Origin: Paramecium tetraurelia
Lineage: Eukaryota
DNA: 64,000 bases
NCBI GenBank assembly: GCA_000165425.1
Contig: CT868296.1
Coordinates: 310,001-374,000 of the forward strand
Direction: 5' to 3'
Below, one piece after another: positions 13,751 to 27,208 of this stretch. The notes under the pieces were generated by a model, which was not told the origin of the DNA, searched no databases, and was given only the letters and a program-made list of their open reading frames with translations. The position numbers and the translations under genes were made by a program. Every line of letters begins with the position of its first letter. Position 1 is the first letter of the stretch.

Positions 13751-14306
13751 AATTATTAAATGATTCCGCTTTAAACTATAGAGTTTATTTGTTTTATGAA
13801 ATTTATTATGGGTCAAAGATTTTCTAATAATTTTATGCATTAATTAATAATCAACCGCTATAATATGATATATAACAGGTGACCCTATATTAAAATGGCA
13901 ATATGTATTCGGTTGAATATATTTAATCTTAACTTATCAATGCGAATATTTGTCAATGCAATTTTAGTACGATATGTCTTGTATCTCAATTATCCAAAAT
14001 ATATATGAAAATAGAGTCCATTAATATCAAAGAACTTAAATAGAGAAAATTAATAAATAAACCAAAGATCTTATTAATATTAATTAACAATATTTGACTG
14101 ATACTTTTATATGTGATTTCTTGAAAACTGATATTCAATATAGAATTAAGTATCTTTAAACTATAATCAATATCTTGTTCTTCAAACAATTTCAAATGAG
14201 AACTAAAGGTATTTGAAAAAAAGGATGCAACTTAAGATTGATTAATATAAATAATGTTTAGTGGTCTGTCGATAATGGATGTTCGAATATTTAAATATTA
14301 AAATTA

Positions 14307-15772
14307 ATGTCCTAACAGAAAAATCAAAAGAATGTTGTTGTGTACAATTATGAACCTCATCCCAAGACCATGAGTGAATAAGTTGCCAATATTCAATAAT
14401 CTCAAATACAACCTGATGAATCACCCTTCAATGTTTCTAAAATATTGAAAGCTAAACAATAGCAAAGCAACATCTTTCATCTCCCTTAGTAGGATCTTGT
14501 AGATTACAGTAAAGTCACTCCAAATTAACATGCAGAAAGTAAGGACTCATACAAATATTAGAAATATTGCCATATGACATGTTCTGGTGGAATAGTTAAA
14601 ATTTAAAAGAAAATAAGAAAACTGAGGTCAGTGCTCCTATTATTCCTAATGTTCACATGATTTAGAGCAGACCTTAGACTGCTGGTTAATAAAGAATAAA
14701 TACAGAGTAGAGTTCCAATAATCAACAATTAACTGAATAATAATTCCTTCAATTTTAATAGTAGCAATACTAAATATTTTTACAATAATAGCAACAACTC
14801 AAGTTTTAATAATAGTTATAGCAAATTGATTAATAGAAATAATAATTGAATCTTCAATAAGAAAACCCATATGAAGTAATTAAAGAACATAACTAAATGA
14901 TTGAGACTGCTTCATTTTCTGGACATGATAATCATAACTAAGGACCATTTACATAATAATAATAATAATAAAATAAATAGTAACAAACAAACTAATAATA
15001 ATAATTATCTAATTAGTTATAGAATCCTGCTAAAGTGTATGATAAAGTCAATAATCCAAATGCTGAATTGAAATAAAAAAATCCTAACTTCTCAGATGTT
15101 TTCGGAAATGGCCTTGAGAAATATTATCAATAGAAGCCTTAGCAAAATAGTGGCAGAAAATAATAAGTAGAATATTTGTAAGAAAGTGAACTATATGGTG
15201 TAAAATATCATTAACGATAGATGCTCAAAGGAATGAGTTCTTAAATGGACACACATAAATATTATGACCAAATGTTAGATAAATAAACTCAAGATTAAAA
15301 TAAATAAAAACAACCAAAAAGTAAATCTCACTCTCCTCAAGCTTCTCCTGGCAAAGATCTTGAATAGGATGAAAAATTGTTTCCTAAGCCAATCTACACT
15401 GAGATAAGCATAAGAGGTATGGGAAAAGATGTCAATTGGGAAAAATTGAAGGGATAATTAAATACAGTTCAAATGTAATTAGCAGATATTACAGTTGTAA
15501 AGGATAAACAAGGAAAAATTAAACAGCACAAAATCATAATTAAATATTTTGATCAAGGAAATTTATCAGGTGTTAAATAATGGGTTCTTACTCAGGGAGG
15601 TAGAATAGTGGAGGAAAGATAATTGGAATCGGAGGAAGAATTCAAGAAAATAATCAAATTAAAAGAAGGTCCTAAGCAAAGACCTATGAGAATTGCTGAA
15701 GAGAAGGAAAAACTGAAGCAATAAAAAAAAAGACCATAAAGTGCAGCACCAGTATAAAAATAAAAGAAATGA
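14307..15772 (+). CDS. Hypothetical Q/N-rich protein
   Basis: Open frame MSQQKNQKNVVVYNYEPHP... with one 23-nt intron, RPQTA/RPQSA motifs and a globular-looking C-terminus. Confidence 0.7.
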
Positions 15773-15898
15773 TACAATTTAATTTTATAATCTAAAATAT
15801 TTAGTTTTTTAGGTATCATACTGATATTTACTATTCTTTTCCCACAATTTCTATCTTCTCATTTAATATACCTTAATGTATATCTAAAACATTAATTA

Positions 15899-16719
15899 AT
15901 GTAGTAATTACAGTAGCATTATTCTTAATAACATTTACCTCAAGCTTATTAACAATAGCAAAGGAATGTATCCAGCTCACCTATGCAAAGACAATTTCAA
16001 ATACAGCCTTTCACTCCAACCTAAAACTTGGGAGGGTAGAATGAAGGAATGAAACCTTATTCTACAGATATGAGAGAAAGAAGTAGGTAAATGTAAAACA
16101 CACCACAATACAATGGATAATCTTTAGAAAGTATGGCTTTGCGCATTCAGACTCTTGAGAAGGAGAATTCAAACCTTAAAAAATAATTAGAAAATGCTAA
16201 TCACTAAATTCAGGTTTTGAATAACAAGTTCAATCAAAATCCATCTCCAAGTCTACTTAAAACAACCACATTTGAACTTGTTGTATTGTAAAAGGCTGTA
16301 GAACAGTTAGAAGGACTTAAAAATGGGCTTCAGAAGAAAAAATTGCAGGGAAGCAACAATCAAACCACTTTACCTGATTCTCAGAAGGAGGCCTTTAGCG
16401 AACTTAAAAGTAAAGTTACTGTAATGGAGGAGAAATAATAATAGTAAGAACATCAGCAATCTTAAGTATCTCCTCATATTTTAATTAGACAATGCTCATA
16501 TTTCCAAAGGAATAAAATTTACAATAAAATCCTCCTTCTAAAGAGGAAGTCAAAGAAGAACCAAGACATGGCAGAAGGTTTAATGTCAATTCTTAATCTG
16601 ATTAAGTTGACAATTAAACCAAAGTCAGTCCCGTTAGAGTTTTGAATGTAAAAGGAGGAACTAGTTAAAATGCTTTGAGAGTATCCCCCAGAAGAAAACC
16701 AGACTCACAGCAAATTTGA
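15899..16719 (+). CDS. Hypothetical coiled-coil protein
   Basis: MQQLQQHYSQ..., heptads ALRIQTLEKENSNLKKQLENAN, one 23-nt intron near 16466. Confidence 0.7.
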
Positions 16720-16768
16720 AAAAGAAATAACAATTAAGTGATTTTGTGCTAATTTTATGATAAATTAT

Positions 16769-18305
16769 TCAATCGCTATGCTCAGAATAATCGCTATCAT
16801 CCATTCTCTATCCAATGATTTATGTTCTCATTGTTTTAGTTGTTCTAGTGGGTTGTCTATTCAAATCCTGATATCTATAATTATTATTTTATATTATTAT
16901 TACCTTTAAGCAATTTGTTATTTTAAGATATCCATATGATTCATTTCAGGAGCCTTACTTTATGGTTTTGGTTGATCTGCTGGTGCTTTGTTTTTGTTAA
17001 CTGGTTTCAATCTAGCTAACGGGTTATCTGTATTTAGGTCATCAAGTAACTTGGCTCTAGCTCCAGCTGGGGGAGGTGGCAATTATCCAGGAGGAGGAGG
17101 GCCAGGAGGAGGTGGAGGAGGAGGAGGAGGAGGTGGAGGAGGTGGAGCACCTTTTGGAGGAGGAGGGGGAGGAGGTGGTGGTGGAGGAGGTGCACTTTTA
17201 TTCTATTATTATTAGGGAGGAGGTTATTATATTTATTATTGTTATGGTTGTTAATATTATTGTTATTATTAAGGTTAGTATTATTATTACTATTATTATT
17301 ACTATTATTATGGCTATGGCTATGTTTATTAAAGCTAAGGAGGTGCCTATGAAGGAGTAATGCTAGGAGCCACTGGCTTTTTATTTCTTTATTATGTAGA
17401 TGGATTAAAAAAGTCTATGTCATCATTATCTGGGTCATAATCAACAATTCCTGCCAAATTAAGTTTTGCATCCACCTTTAATTAAGCTATAGGTTTGTTA
17501 GATGGAACATAAGAGTATGATTCCTCTCCGTATTTTGTAATTGTTTCTCCTATAGTATTTGGTGCATCTGCCATTGCTACTTATTCTTCCTCCTCTTATT
17601 GTTTCTTCCTTTTATTCTCTTGCTTCTATTATATTATTATAATCTTATTACTGCTGGTTCAGGGAACACTTCACGAGCATCAAAAGTATGATGAGTGTAT
17701 GGATTGATCAATTGGTTAAAAACTAGTAAACTGTCTACGTTTTTCAGTTTTCTTGGAACAGTGCCATAACCTTATATTTATCTTTTTGACAAAGCTCTTT
17801 CTCCTTCAAAAATAGTTTTCCCTTTCTATGTAAATCTTCCATATGCCATTTGAATGGTTGCTACTCTGTCAATATTGTCTGGTGCTTTCCCTTAAGAGCC
17901 CTACTCATTTGCCAATCTTATGTATTTATATGGTTCATAGATTGGTATCACTGGTTTATTATAACATTCTGAAAATATGGATTGCTTATTTGTAGGATCA
18001 AATTCATATTTCTTAACAAACTTGCTGGGGGATTGAAAGACGATTGCCTAAGGACAATTCTGAAGATGACTCAACTTAGCATTGCAAACATTAATGCGCT
18101 ATTATAGTGAACTTATTAATACCTCTGCTAATTGTTGAATTCTTTATTTCACTAAATTGACACGATCCTGTAGCTTTTCCTCTGTCTTATTAGTAGCCTC
18201 TTCTAACAATGCCAAATTGCTAAGAGTAATATCTAAGCCTTCCTTATGATGCAAATCAAACGAGGCTAGATTAAATAACCAAGGACATGGCTATATAAAT
18301 GCCAT
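16769..18305 (-). CDS. WASHC1: WASH complex subunit 1 (actin nucleation-promoting factor)
   Basis: WAHD motifs AIVFQSPSKF, GTVPRKLKNVDSLLVFNQLINPY and DAPNTI...YSYVP...LAGIV. Then poly-Pro, WH2-like RAKLLDDL...RLKPV, a C helix and an acidic tail. Confidence 0.85.
17060..17192. repeat. (GGA/GGT)n tract encoding poly-proline on the minus strand
   Basis: Direct reading. It lies inside WASH1 and accounts for the spurious Gly- and Glu-rich plus-strand ORFs. Confidence 0.9.
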
Positions 18306-18611
18306 CTTATAATAATAATAATATAAAAATCAATTCAGATTTTCTTTTTAATATTGCATTAGGCACTGTCAATGACACAACAATTGATCATGCATTTAAG
18401 TTTACTTAGAACAAGAAAAAATATACATAAAAAACAATAAATATTAAAAATTTCTATATGTATATTGATGAAATTTAAAATATTTAATACCATTAACAAT
18501 AGCTTGAATTTGACTAGTGAAAATGTGTAAAAACAATATGAATAACAGAGGAAACAACCTTAACCTTATGCCATATGAGTAAGATATTAATAATATAATT
18601 AATTCCTAGTA

Positions 18612-19815
18612 TCATTTAATAGTGATTTAATCTTATGGTAACGTTGGCTGTTGGTATTGGTCCCACCCCTTTGGTTTAATATCCTCATCCTGAACTAACC
18701 ATTAAATTCTACGCCCTTCCTCCCATAAGCCTAACTAACTATTATTAGTTGGTAATGAATATCTGCCTTTTCCAGATTGTTTTCCATTTCTCCAATAACC
18801 TTCATATTCTAAATGTAATCTAAATATTATACTTCTTCCATCTGGCCACTCATAAATACCATATCCTTATTTTTTATCATTTGCATATTCTCCTTCATAT
18901 GAACGTCCATCAGGCCATGTATATATGCCTCTGCCATTCATTTAATTATTGCTCCACATCCCCATGTATTTCTATATTGAATTGATAATTTACTCTATCG
19001 TCAGACCAAGTATATATTCCGAACCCTTCCAGCTGATTCCTCTTCCAATAGCCCTAATAACAAGATCCATCATTCCAGTAATATTTTCCAAAACCTTCTT
19101 TTTTCCCAAACCTATAATTCCCTTCATATCGAGATTGATCCTTCCAAATTTCAATGCCATAACCATGAGGTTAATCATTTAACCATTGTCCATCATATTT
19201 GGCTCCATTAGCATGAATATATTTCCCCTAACCACTAACTCTATCTTCCTTCCATTCTCCATCGTAAAGATCCCCGCTGGCATACCAAAACTTACCTTTT
19301 CCATCGGCTCTGTTTTATTTCCATTATCCCTCGTATTTAGCTCCGTCTGACCATATTTAAATTCCGAAACCATCCCTTTATTTTCCTAACCATTCTCCTT
19401 CATAATGGGCCCCACTTTTAAAATAATGTTTTGATCTTTTTTCCCTGGTTTCAGTTTCAAATTTATTGGCTCCTGCATCAGTCATGTCTTCTTAATTTCT
19501 TTAAACCATTTCATTTTTCCTATTTTATAATTCGCTGTTCGATTCTCAAATATAAATCTAAAATGTACATGAAGTTAGGCTGAGATCAGATTTTTTATCA
19601 CTAGGCAGAAGAACAGATTATATCGGTAAATAGTTTTCAATAACTAGTTATAATGATTATTTGATCTATGCTTAACAATATTCTAATACATCATCTTCTT
19701 CATAATTTTCTTCGTCTTCAGGAAAAGCACGACTTATTGTATATTGATTAAACTCAGAGACTTAAATTTCATCTTTCTTTGAGCAGCTTTAACAATTAGT
19801 ACATTTATTGCCCAT
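18612..19815 (-). CDS. MORN repeat protein, likely N-acylated
   Basis: Starts MGNKCTNCQSC; many YEGEW..G.G...W.DG repeats. Confidence 0.9.
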
Positions 19816-20527
19816 TCTTTGATTAATAGTATGTATTTTAATAATTATTATCAACACTGTGTAAATTGTTTTGATCTTAATTTTTTATAATTTCAAATTT
19901 TACAAAGGTTATAAAGAAGATTATAAAAGAATAATTAATAGGGACTTAATTGTTTACATAATTCTGAGATAGTTAAATTGATTTGGCAGCATAACATCTA
20001 AAATATCTAAATTAACTAGTAAATAGGCTAATTTGTAAATTTATTATATAATCGTATATATATATATATAAATTTACAATTGATCCAATAAGCTGATGTC
20101 AATAAGCTAACACAGTAATATATATGCGATCATAGTTATCATATTGAAATTATGATAATTATTTTTTAATTCACATCAAAATAACACTTTAACAAATATC
20201 TTTATTTACAATAACTTATTAAATGAAAAATATTGTTGATGATATATTTTAAGGCTGAATTTTACAACACTCTCTCATTCATTTTATTAGTTTATTTTTA
20301 ATGCAAATCTATTGTAGCTGGATTAACCTTAGTATTTCATAAGATATATAAGAAAAGAATACAAATTTAATCTTCCAAGTTTGTATGAATGTTATATTTC
20401 TAATTTCTAAATTAGAGATTTTTAAACACGATTTAATTGAGATAAAATATATTGATATTTTACTTAGGAATAAAGAATTTTTTTAACAAAATAATTTTAT
20501 ACTGTTATTTATGATTAACTCATCTTT

Positions 20528-21659
<1,132 letters not shown>

Positions 21660-22084
21660 TTATAATGATAAAAGATATTTATACTTTGATAACCAAAACA
21701 CGTAAATTTATTTCCTCTATTAATGCGTCATTTGATTAAAATCACCATTATAATCCCAATAATTATCATGAAATAACAGACGTATGTGTAAATAATATGA
21801 TACTTTCAAATATCATGACAATGTATATAATTAGTTCAACTCAAAAATAACGAGAATTAAATTTTTAAATTTAATCGTGTGTTTATCAATATTAATTCAA
21901 AATTGATGAACTAATTCTAGAAAGATCAAGTTGAGTTTGTAATAATTTTTAATTAAATTCTTAATACTATTAAAGTTTTTATTGTTCAATAATGTTCCAT
22001 CCTCTTAGAACCACTCCTTCACTTGATTTTTTAAGGTAGATTAAGAGTTAGTATTTAATAAGAAACAAATATATATATATTTAA

Positions 22085-23000
22085 TCATTATTCCTCTTCC
22101 TTTAAGATTTCTGTTGGATTCTTTGCACTTTAAATTTCAGTCCTAATGTTTTTTGGAATCAATCTAATGACTGGGACAGGAATCCAAACTATCTTCTTTG
22201 GTTCTCCTGGGTTTAAATCAAACATTTGTTCAAACTTAAATAGGAAGTCTCTTGGACATAGATAACGAACATTTGAATCCCTTTGTTACTCTGACGATTT
22301 AATGTCAATTTTTTTGTGTACTTATGGTTCCAATTAATCTATTTCTTATTTGCAAGATGATTCAGTTTTAATAGTCTTGATTTCTTAATCTTCTTACTTT
22401 TCGAATTCTTAATCCGAGACCTAAAGTTTCTATTAAATTAAATTTAAATATTACTAAACCCAATTTGTAATTTTGATCCTTGTGTTTAGTGTAGAATCGA
22501 TTCTTAACCATTATTTCCTAAATTTAAGATTAATAATTACCGATCTATCTTTCATAAGTTTAGCGATCTAGGTCCACTTCGCACCATACTGTCTATACAA
22601 GACCATTAATTAATCGTCTTCCTCTTGAGTCCATGGTCTTGCAGGAGGGGCGATTATCTGATTGATATATCTATTTCGAATTTAGTTTCCAGTCCTGTTT
22701 TTCATTATTTAAGCAATTTCGTTCCAATTTTCTCCATACTTTTACACCAGCTCTTTCAACATTTCATCTTCTTCCTTGGTCCATGGAGTCTTCTTGCCAC
22801 TCTTGCTAAATACATGTAAGTTTTACCTTCAATTAAGTCCATCTTTGAACACATTCTTAATCCGTTTTCCCTGATAAATATTCTGCTATTTTCTTCCACT
22901 AAGGTCCATATAACTTAAAAGCTTCTTCTAATCGTCTGTCATCATCATAATTCCATTTATTATTGTTTTCTACTTCAGCATCAGTCCAAGCAAATTACAT
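22085..23000 (-). CDS. R1R2R3 Myb-type transcription factor
   Basis: WNYDDDRRL...KTDQECVQRW; PWTKEEDEML...RTGNQIRNRY; PWTQEEDDQL...RSEIMVKNRFY. Tiny introns. Confidence 0.85.
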
Positions 23001-23453
23001 CAAATTAATATAAATAAAAAAAAGATTTGTAAATTAACTCTTTCCCCCTTCAGATAATAATCCAAAACCTATAATTCAATCAATGTATGCTAAATAGCAT
23101 AACTTCCCTCACTTTTCTCTACTTTTTTATACACTTTAACGTGTGGGAAATACAAAAGCTGATTTTAAGGCGCCTATTTAAGAGTTAAAATTTAAAATTT
23201 CTTGGTTTGGCTTCCTCACTTTCTTATCTTTAATAAAAGACTCCATCTCGGCTTAATTTTGATTTCATTAATCTTTTCAAATAAAATAATGCTCAAGACC
23301 CCAAGCACTTTTTATTATATATCTAATAATTAAAATATGTTTCATAAATTAGTTTATATATATGATTCTATTTGTTTTTTGTAATATTTTTTACAAATTT
23401 TCAACTTATAAGGGAAAAGAATTAATTCTAAAAATAATAATATATTTATTAGA

Positions 23454-24074
23454 ATGAATATTGAAACACAATCTGAAAAATCGGAAATTAGAAGATCCAA
23501 ACGAGAGAGATATGTTTGGGAGGCTTTAAATGCAGTTCAGAAGTGGAGAGACTTATTTGAAAATGGTTATTTAGATGAAGTAGGAAATTACTTAAAACCC
23601 TCTTTAAAAGAGGCAGCTGATCTAGTTGGACTTCCCAAAAGGACGCTCGAATAATATCATAGTGTTTTTAAGTAAACATCTCTAATTATCAGTAGAAAAT
23701 TACCACAATCCATTGACATTATGAGAATACTTGATAAAAAAATGGGTTATCTTAATCAGCTCATTAAAGAATTTAAAAATGAACCAGCAGTAACTTAAGA
23801 ATAACAAGAAGAAATTCAGCAGGAATAGAGTTCGTGGGATAATATGATTATCGAAGCAGATGATTAATTAGCAGTCCAAAGAGATCCTGATGAAGACTAG
23901 GTTATCAATCAAGTGGTTTAATAATAATAAATTTTCGAGAATGAAGAAGATTATGTAAAATATCTTTAATTCGAAGAGGATGAAAATTATTGTCAGGAAT
24001 ATTACTAATTCAATGAAGATGAAGATTTCTTATGGGATTAAGAATAAGCTAATCCTGCAGTTCCTGATTTTTGA
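23454..24074 (+). CDS. Putative helix-turn-helix DNA-binding protein with acidic C-terminus
   Basis: SLKEAADLVGLPKRTLEQY fits an HTH pattern. One intron, then an E/D/Q-rich tail. Confidence 0.7.
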
Positions 24075-25185
24075 TTTAATTAATCAAACACACTTAAACA
24101 TAGAATATAAATAAATCACTTAACTATTTCACATTTTCTCTATTCTCACTTATCTCTAGATCCCTAACAATCTCAATATATCAATACATCTAATTCTTAA
24201 GTGTTATTTTTCTTCAAAATATCCATTAAAATCGATCGATTGATCAATATTTTTTCAAATAACAGCTTTAACAAGACAGAATATAAGAAATAAGGAACTA
24301 AATTTAAACCTAGTATATACAGCAAGGACTATCGAATACTTTATTGTCTTTGATTCGACACTTTTAGTGCTTTCATTGATCACCAGTAATTATTGCATAA
24401 TTCTTGTCTTCGTTTAAACACTGCTTATATCTACTATTTCTTTAGTAAATAATAGTTCTATATATAATTGACTCTATTAAAAGGCAAGTTTAAATGTTTT
24501 TTTTGAACTTTTATAAACTCAAAATACAATATTCACTGCACTTTCTTTTTCTTTCGCAAAAATTTAATCGCATTCTATTCTAATCACTAAAGATATTCTG
24601 CAAAAGTGAGAATCAACCATATTTGATATCTATCTCATAAAAAATTTGACAACTTAACCTAATAATCTTTATAGAATTATCAGTCTAATTGGATGATAAG
24701 ATATGCTGATATTTATTATCTTATAATTTATAATCATATATGGTTAGTTTTCCTTATTTCATATTTCTATCAAATATTCAACAATTTATCATAACATATA
24801 ATTCTATAGTAATTTTCTTATATAATATCTTCTTCATAATAACCATGGAAATGAGTTAAAGTGAAAAAATATCTATTTATCTGATTAATAGTTGCTCATT
24901 TAGGGTGTTTTTGTTATATATTTTTGTGAAAAAAGACTTATTTTTTTTCAAAAAAAAAAGTTTCCATCTAGTTCAAAAATAAATTAAGTTATTTTTTGTT
25001 AATCTAAATTGCTAGTGATTAATTCCATATTTTGATTCATTGATTAACATAAGTAAGAGTACACTCTTAACTTTAATAAAAATAAGCTTTTTTGCGAAAA
25101 TGATGGGTATTGTTCAAATTCACAAAAATTCTTCATTATAAAATATATGCAATAATATATAATATTGAACAAATATAACTCATCA

Positions 25186-26355
25186 TCACTATTATTTTGC
25201 TTTAGATTTCTCTTTTATATCTTTGGTTTTATTCTTCTTTTCACTTTACTCACTTTTCTCACTTTTCTCTTTAACTTGTTTTTCCTGCTTAGATTTTGTT
25301 TCAATAACTTCTTTTTCAGTGCCTTTGATTTTTGCCTAATTAATAGAATTGAAAAGTTACATTAGAAATAGCAATTATTAAATTTTTCAAAATAAACACT
25401 CCAATAGAAAAGGAAGAGAATAAAATTGCAGTACCAAAAGGACTAGTTATGAAATTTCTTAATCCCCCTCTTTAAGTAACTGGGGCAGAAGTGTTCTATG
25501 ACTAATCATCAACTTCAAATTCATTTTCTAATTCATTTAAGTGATCATTTCTAATTTTAACTCTCTCCTTCCTTTTAACCTTGGCTTCAGATTTTTTCTA
25601 TCTCTCGAGTTCTTCCTTAATCTTTTCTTCATTAATAACTTTCTCCCAATTCTCCTTCATGTATTGATATTCTTCATAATCTGTTTCAATTATTCCACCT
25701 GCATACAAAACTATGCCATGAATATATGGATTATCAAATTTTGTTTTTTCAAGATTCACCTATAATTTACCTTCCTAAACTGCATCTACACATAAAACAT
25801 TCTATTGTATATAAAGCAAATTTACATTATGAAATACTTGACCTGCTACATATTCAAATTCTATATATTCATCATTTGAAGCAAACTTTCCAACTTTGGC
25901 CACAACATCAAGTTTTTCTACGACTCTTTATTGTCCAAATTTAATATGGAAGACTCTCTTTCCTTTAGTGTCAAAGTACATCTTTCATGTATATTTTAAT
26001 TGTGGTACTTCTGCAAATTTAAGAATTAGAGTATAAGTGCCTTCTTTTTACAAAGGAATCTGATATGAGAATGACTTGTAAGCGTGCCTTTCTGTTAAAT
26101 AGATTTCTGGCTCTCTTGTATATTTGATTTGTTGACTAGCCACTTCTGAATTCAAACTGTAGTCTGCTACCACTGTTTCAGGATCTGTTTGTATATCCTT
26201 AGAAATAAGATTAAAAGCAATAATACTTTTTCGTATTGAATTCCTGAGGGACTTTTATAATTCGATGGAGCACCACAATTTATAGCATAAATGACTTTTT
26301 TTGGGTTGAGAGGCTTAGAAAAAGCAAGTGCTATAATGATAAATAATTATATCAT
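25186..26355 (-). CDS. MLEC: Malectin-like ER membrane lectin
   Basis: Signal peptide, VIYAINCG, IYLTERH, FSYQIP, YTLILKFAEMYF...RVFHI, LDVVAKVG and DNPYIHGI, followed by a TM helix and a charged tail. Confidence 0.9.
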
Positions 26356-26376
26356 TAAGAATAATAAATTATATAT

Positions 26377-27139
26377 TCATTTATTCACAAAAGTTTGTAT
26401 TTAATAATCCACATTCATCCAGCTAAGCTTAGAGCAACCAAATAACTGGGAATATACTCTTTAAATTTAATATTATCCTGAGATATATTATTTGTAGTAT
26501 TAATAGTTTAATTTGTGTTTTGAGTTTATTATTTTTACATTCGATAAACACTATTATTAAAGCATGTGGTATTAGAATTCTAAAGTTAAGTAATTTATTT
26601 TTTAAGAGCTAAATTTTCATTCTTCGACATATTTAGAGCTTCTTGTAACTGATATATGATCAAATCTTGATTATTTGATTATTTCAATTATTAATTCTCC
26701 TTCTTCAATTTAGTTGCCAATTCAGTTAGTTTTGAAGATTCTTTCTCTAATGCTGCAATCCTCATTAGATATTTGATTTCTCTCTGTTTGTTTTCATCGA
26801 ATTTATTCTTGTTTGTGATATCCTACATCTAGATCCTTTGTATATTTTCCTTTCTTTCCTAAAAAGCATTGGCTAAATAACCAGATAGATTGTTTGAATT
26901 GTCAATCTAAGAATTATTTCTATTGTCATAAAACGAATTATTAACTTTTCCTTTACTTCTATTCACTAATATAGTACATTGATTTTACAATCTCCAATCG
27001 ATGTATTTTGTTTGACTTTGACTTTGTCTCTGCTGAGCAATCTGGCACTTTTGATTGCCTCAGCCTACACAATTTCTTTAATAGCCTTAACTTCTCTAGA
27101 GGAATTGCGGTAATAGGGCATAGAAGTATTTAAGGACAT
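26377..27139 (-). CDS. Hypothetical coiled-coil protein
   Basis: Open frame with heptads (YLMRIAALEKESSKLTELATKLKKENQQL). Boundaries and introns approximate. Confidence 0.55.
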
Positions 27140-27208
27140 AAAGCTTTAACTGCTATATATAAATAATAATTAATTAAAGAGTATTAAGCAAATAATAATA
27201 TAAAATTA

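Noticed and set aside
13986..14275. Hydrophobic minus-strand open frame
   Set aside because: No ATG was found, and long open frames arise easily when TGA is the only stop.
16988..17360. Gly-rich and Glu-rich plus-strand ORFs in the supplied track
   Set aside because: They are antisense shadows of the WASH1 poly-Pro/Gln region.
20040..20075. (TA)n microsatellite, also near 22070 and 32670
   Set aside because: Short and expected in very AT-rich DNA.
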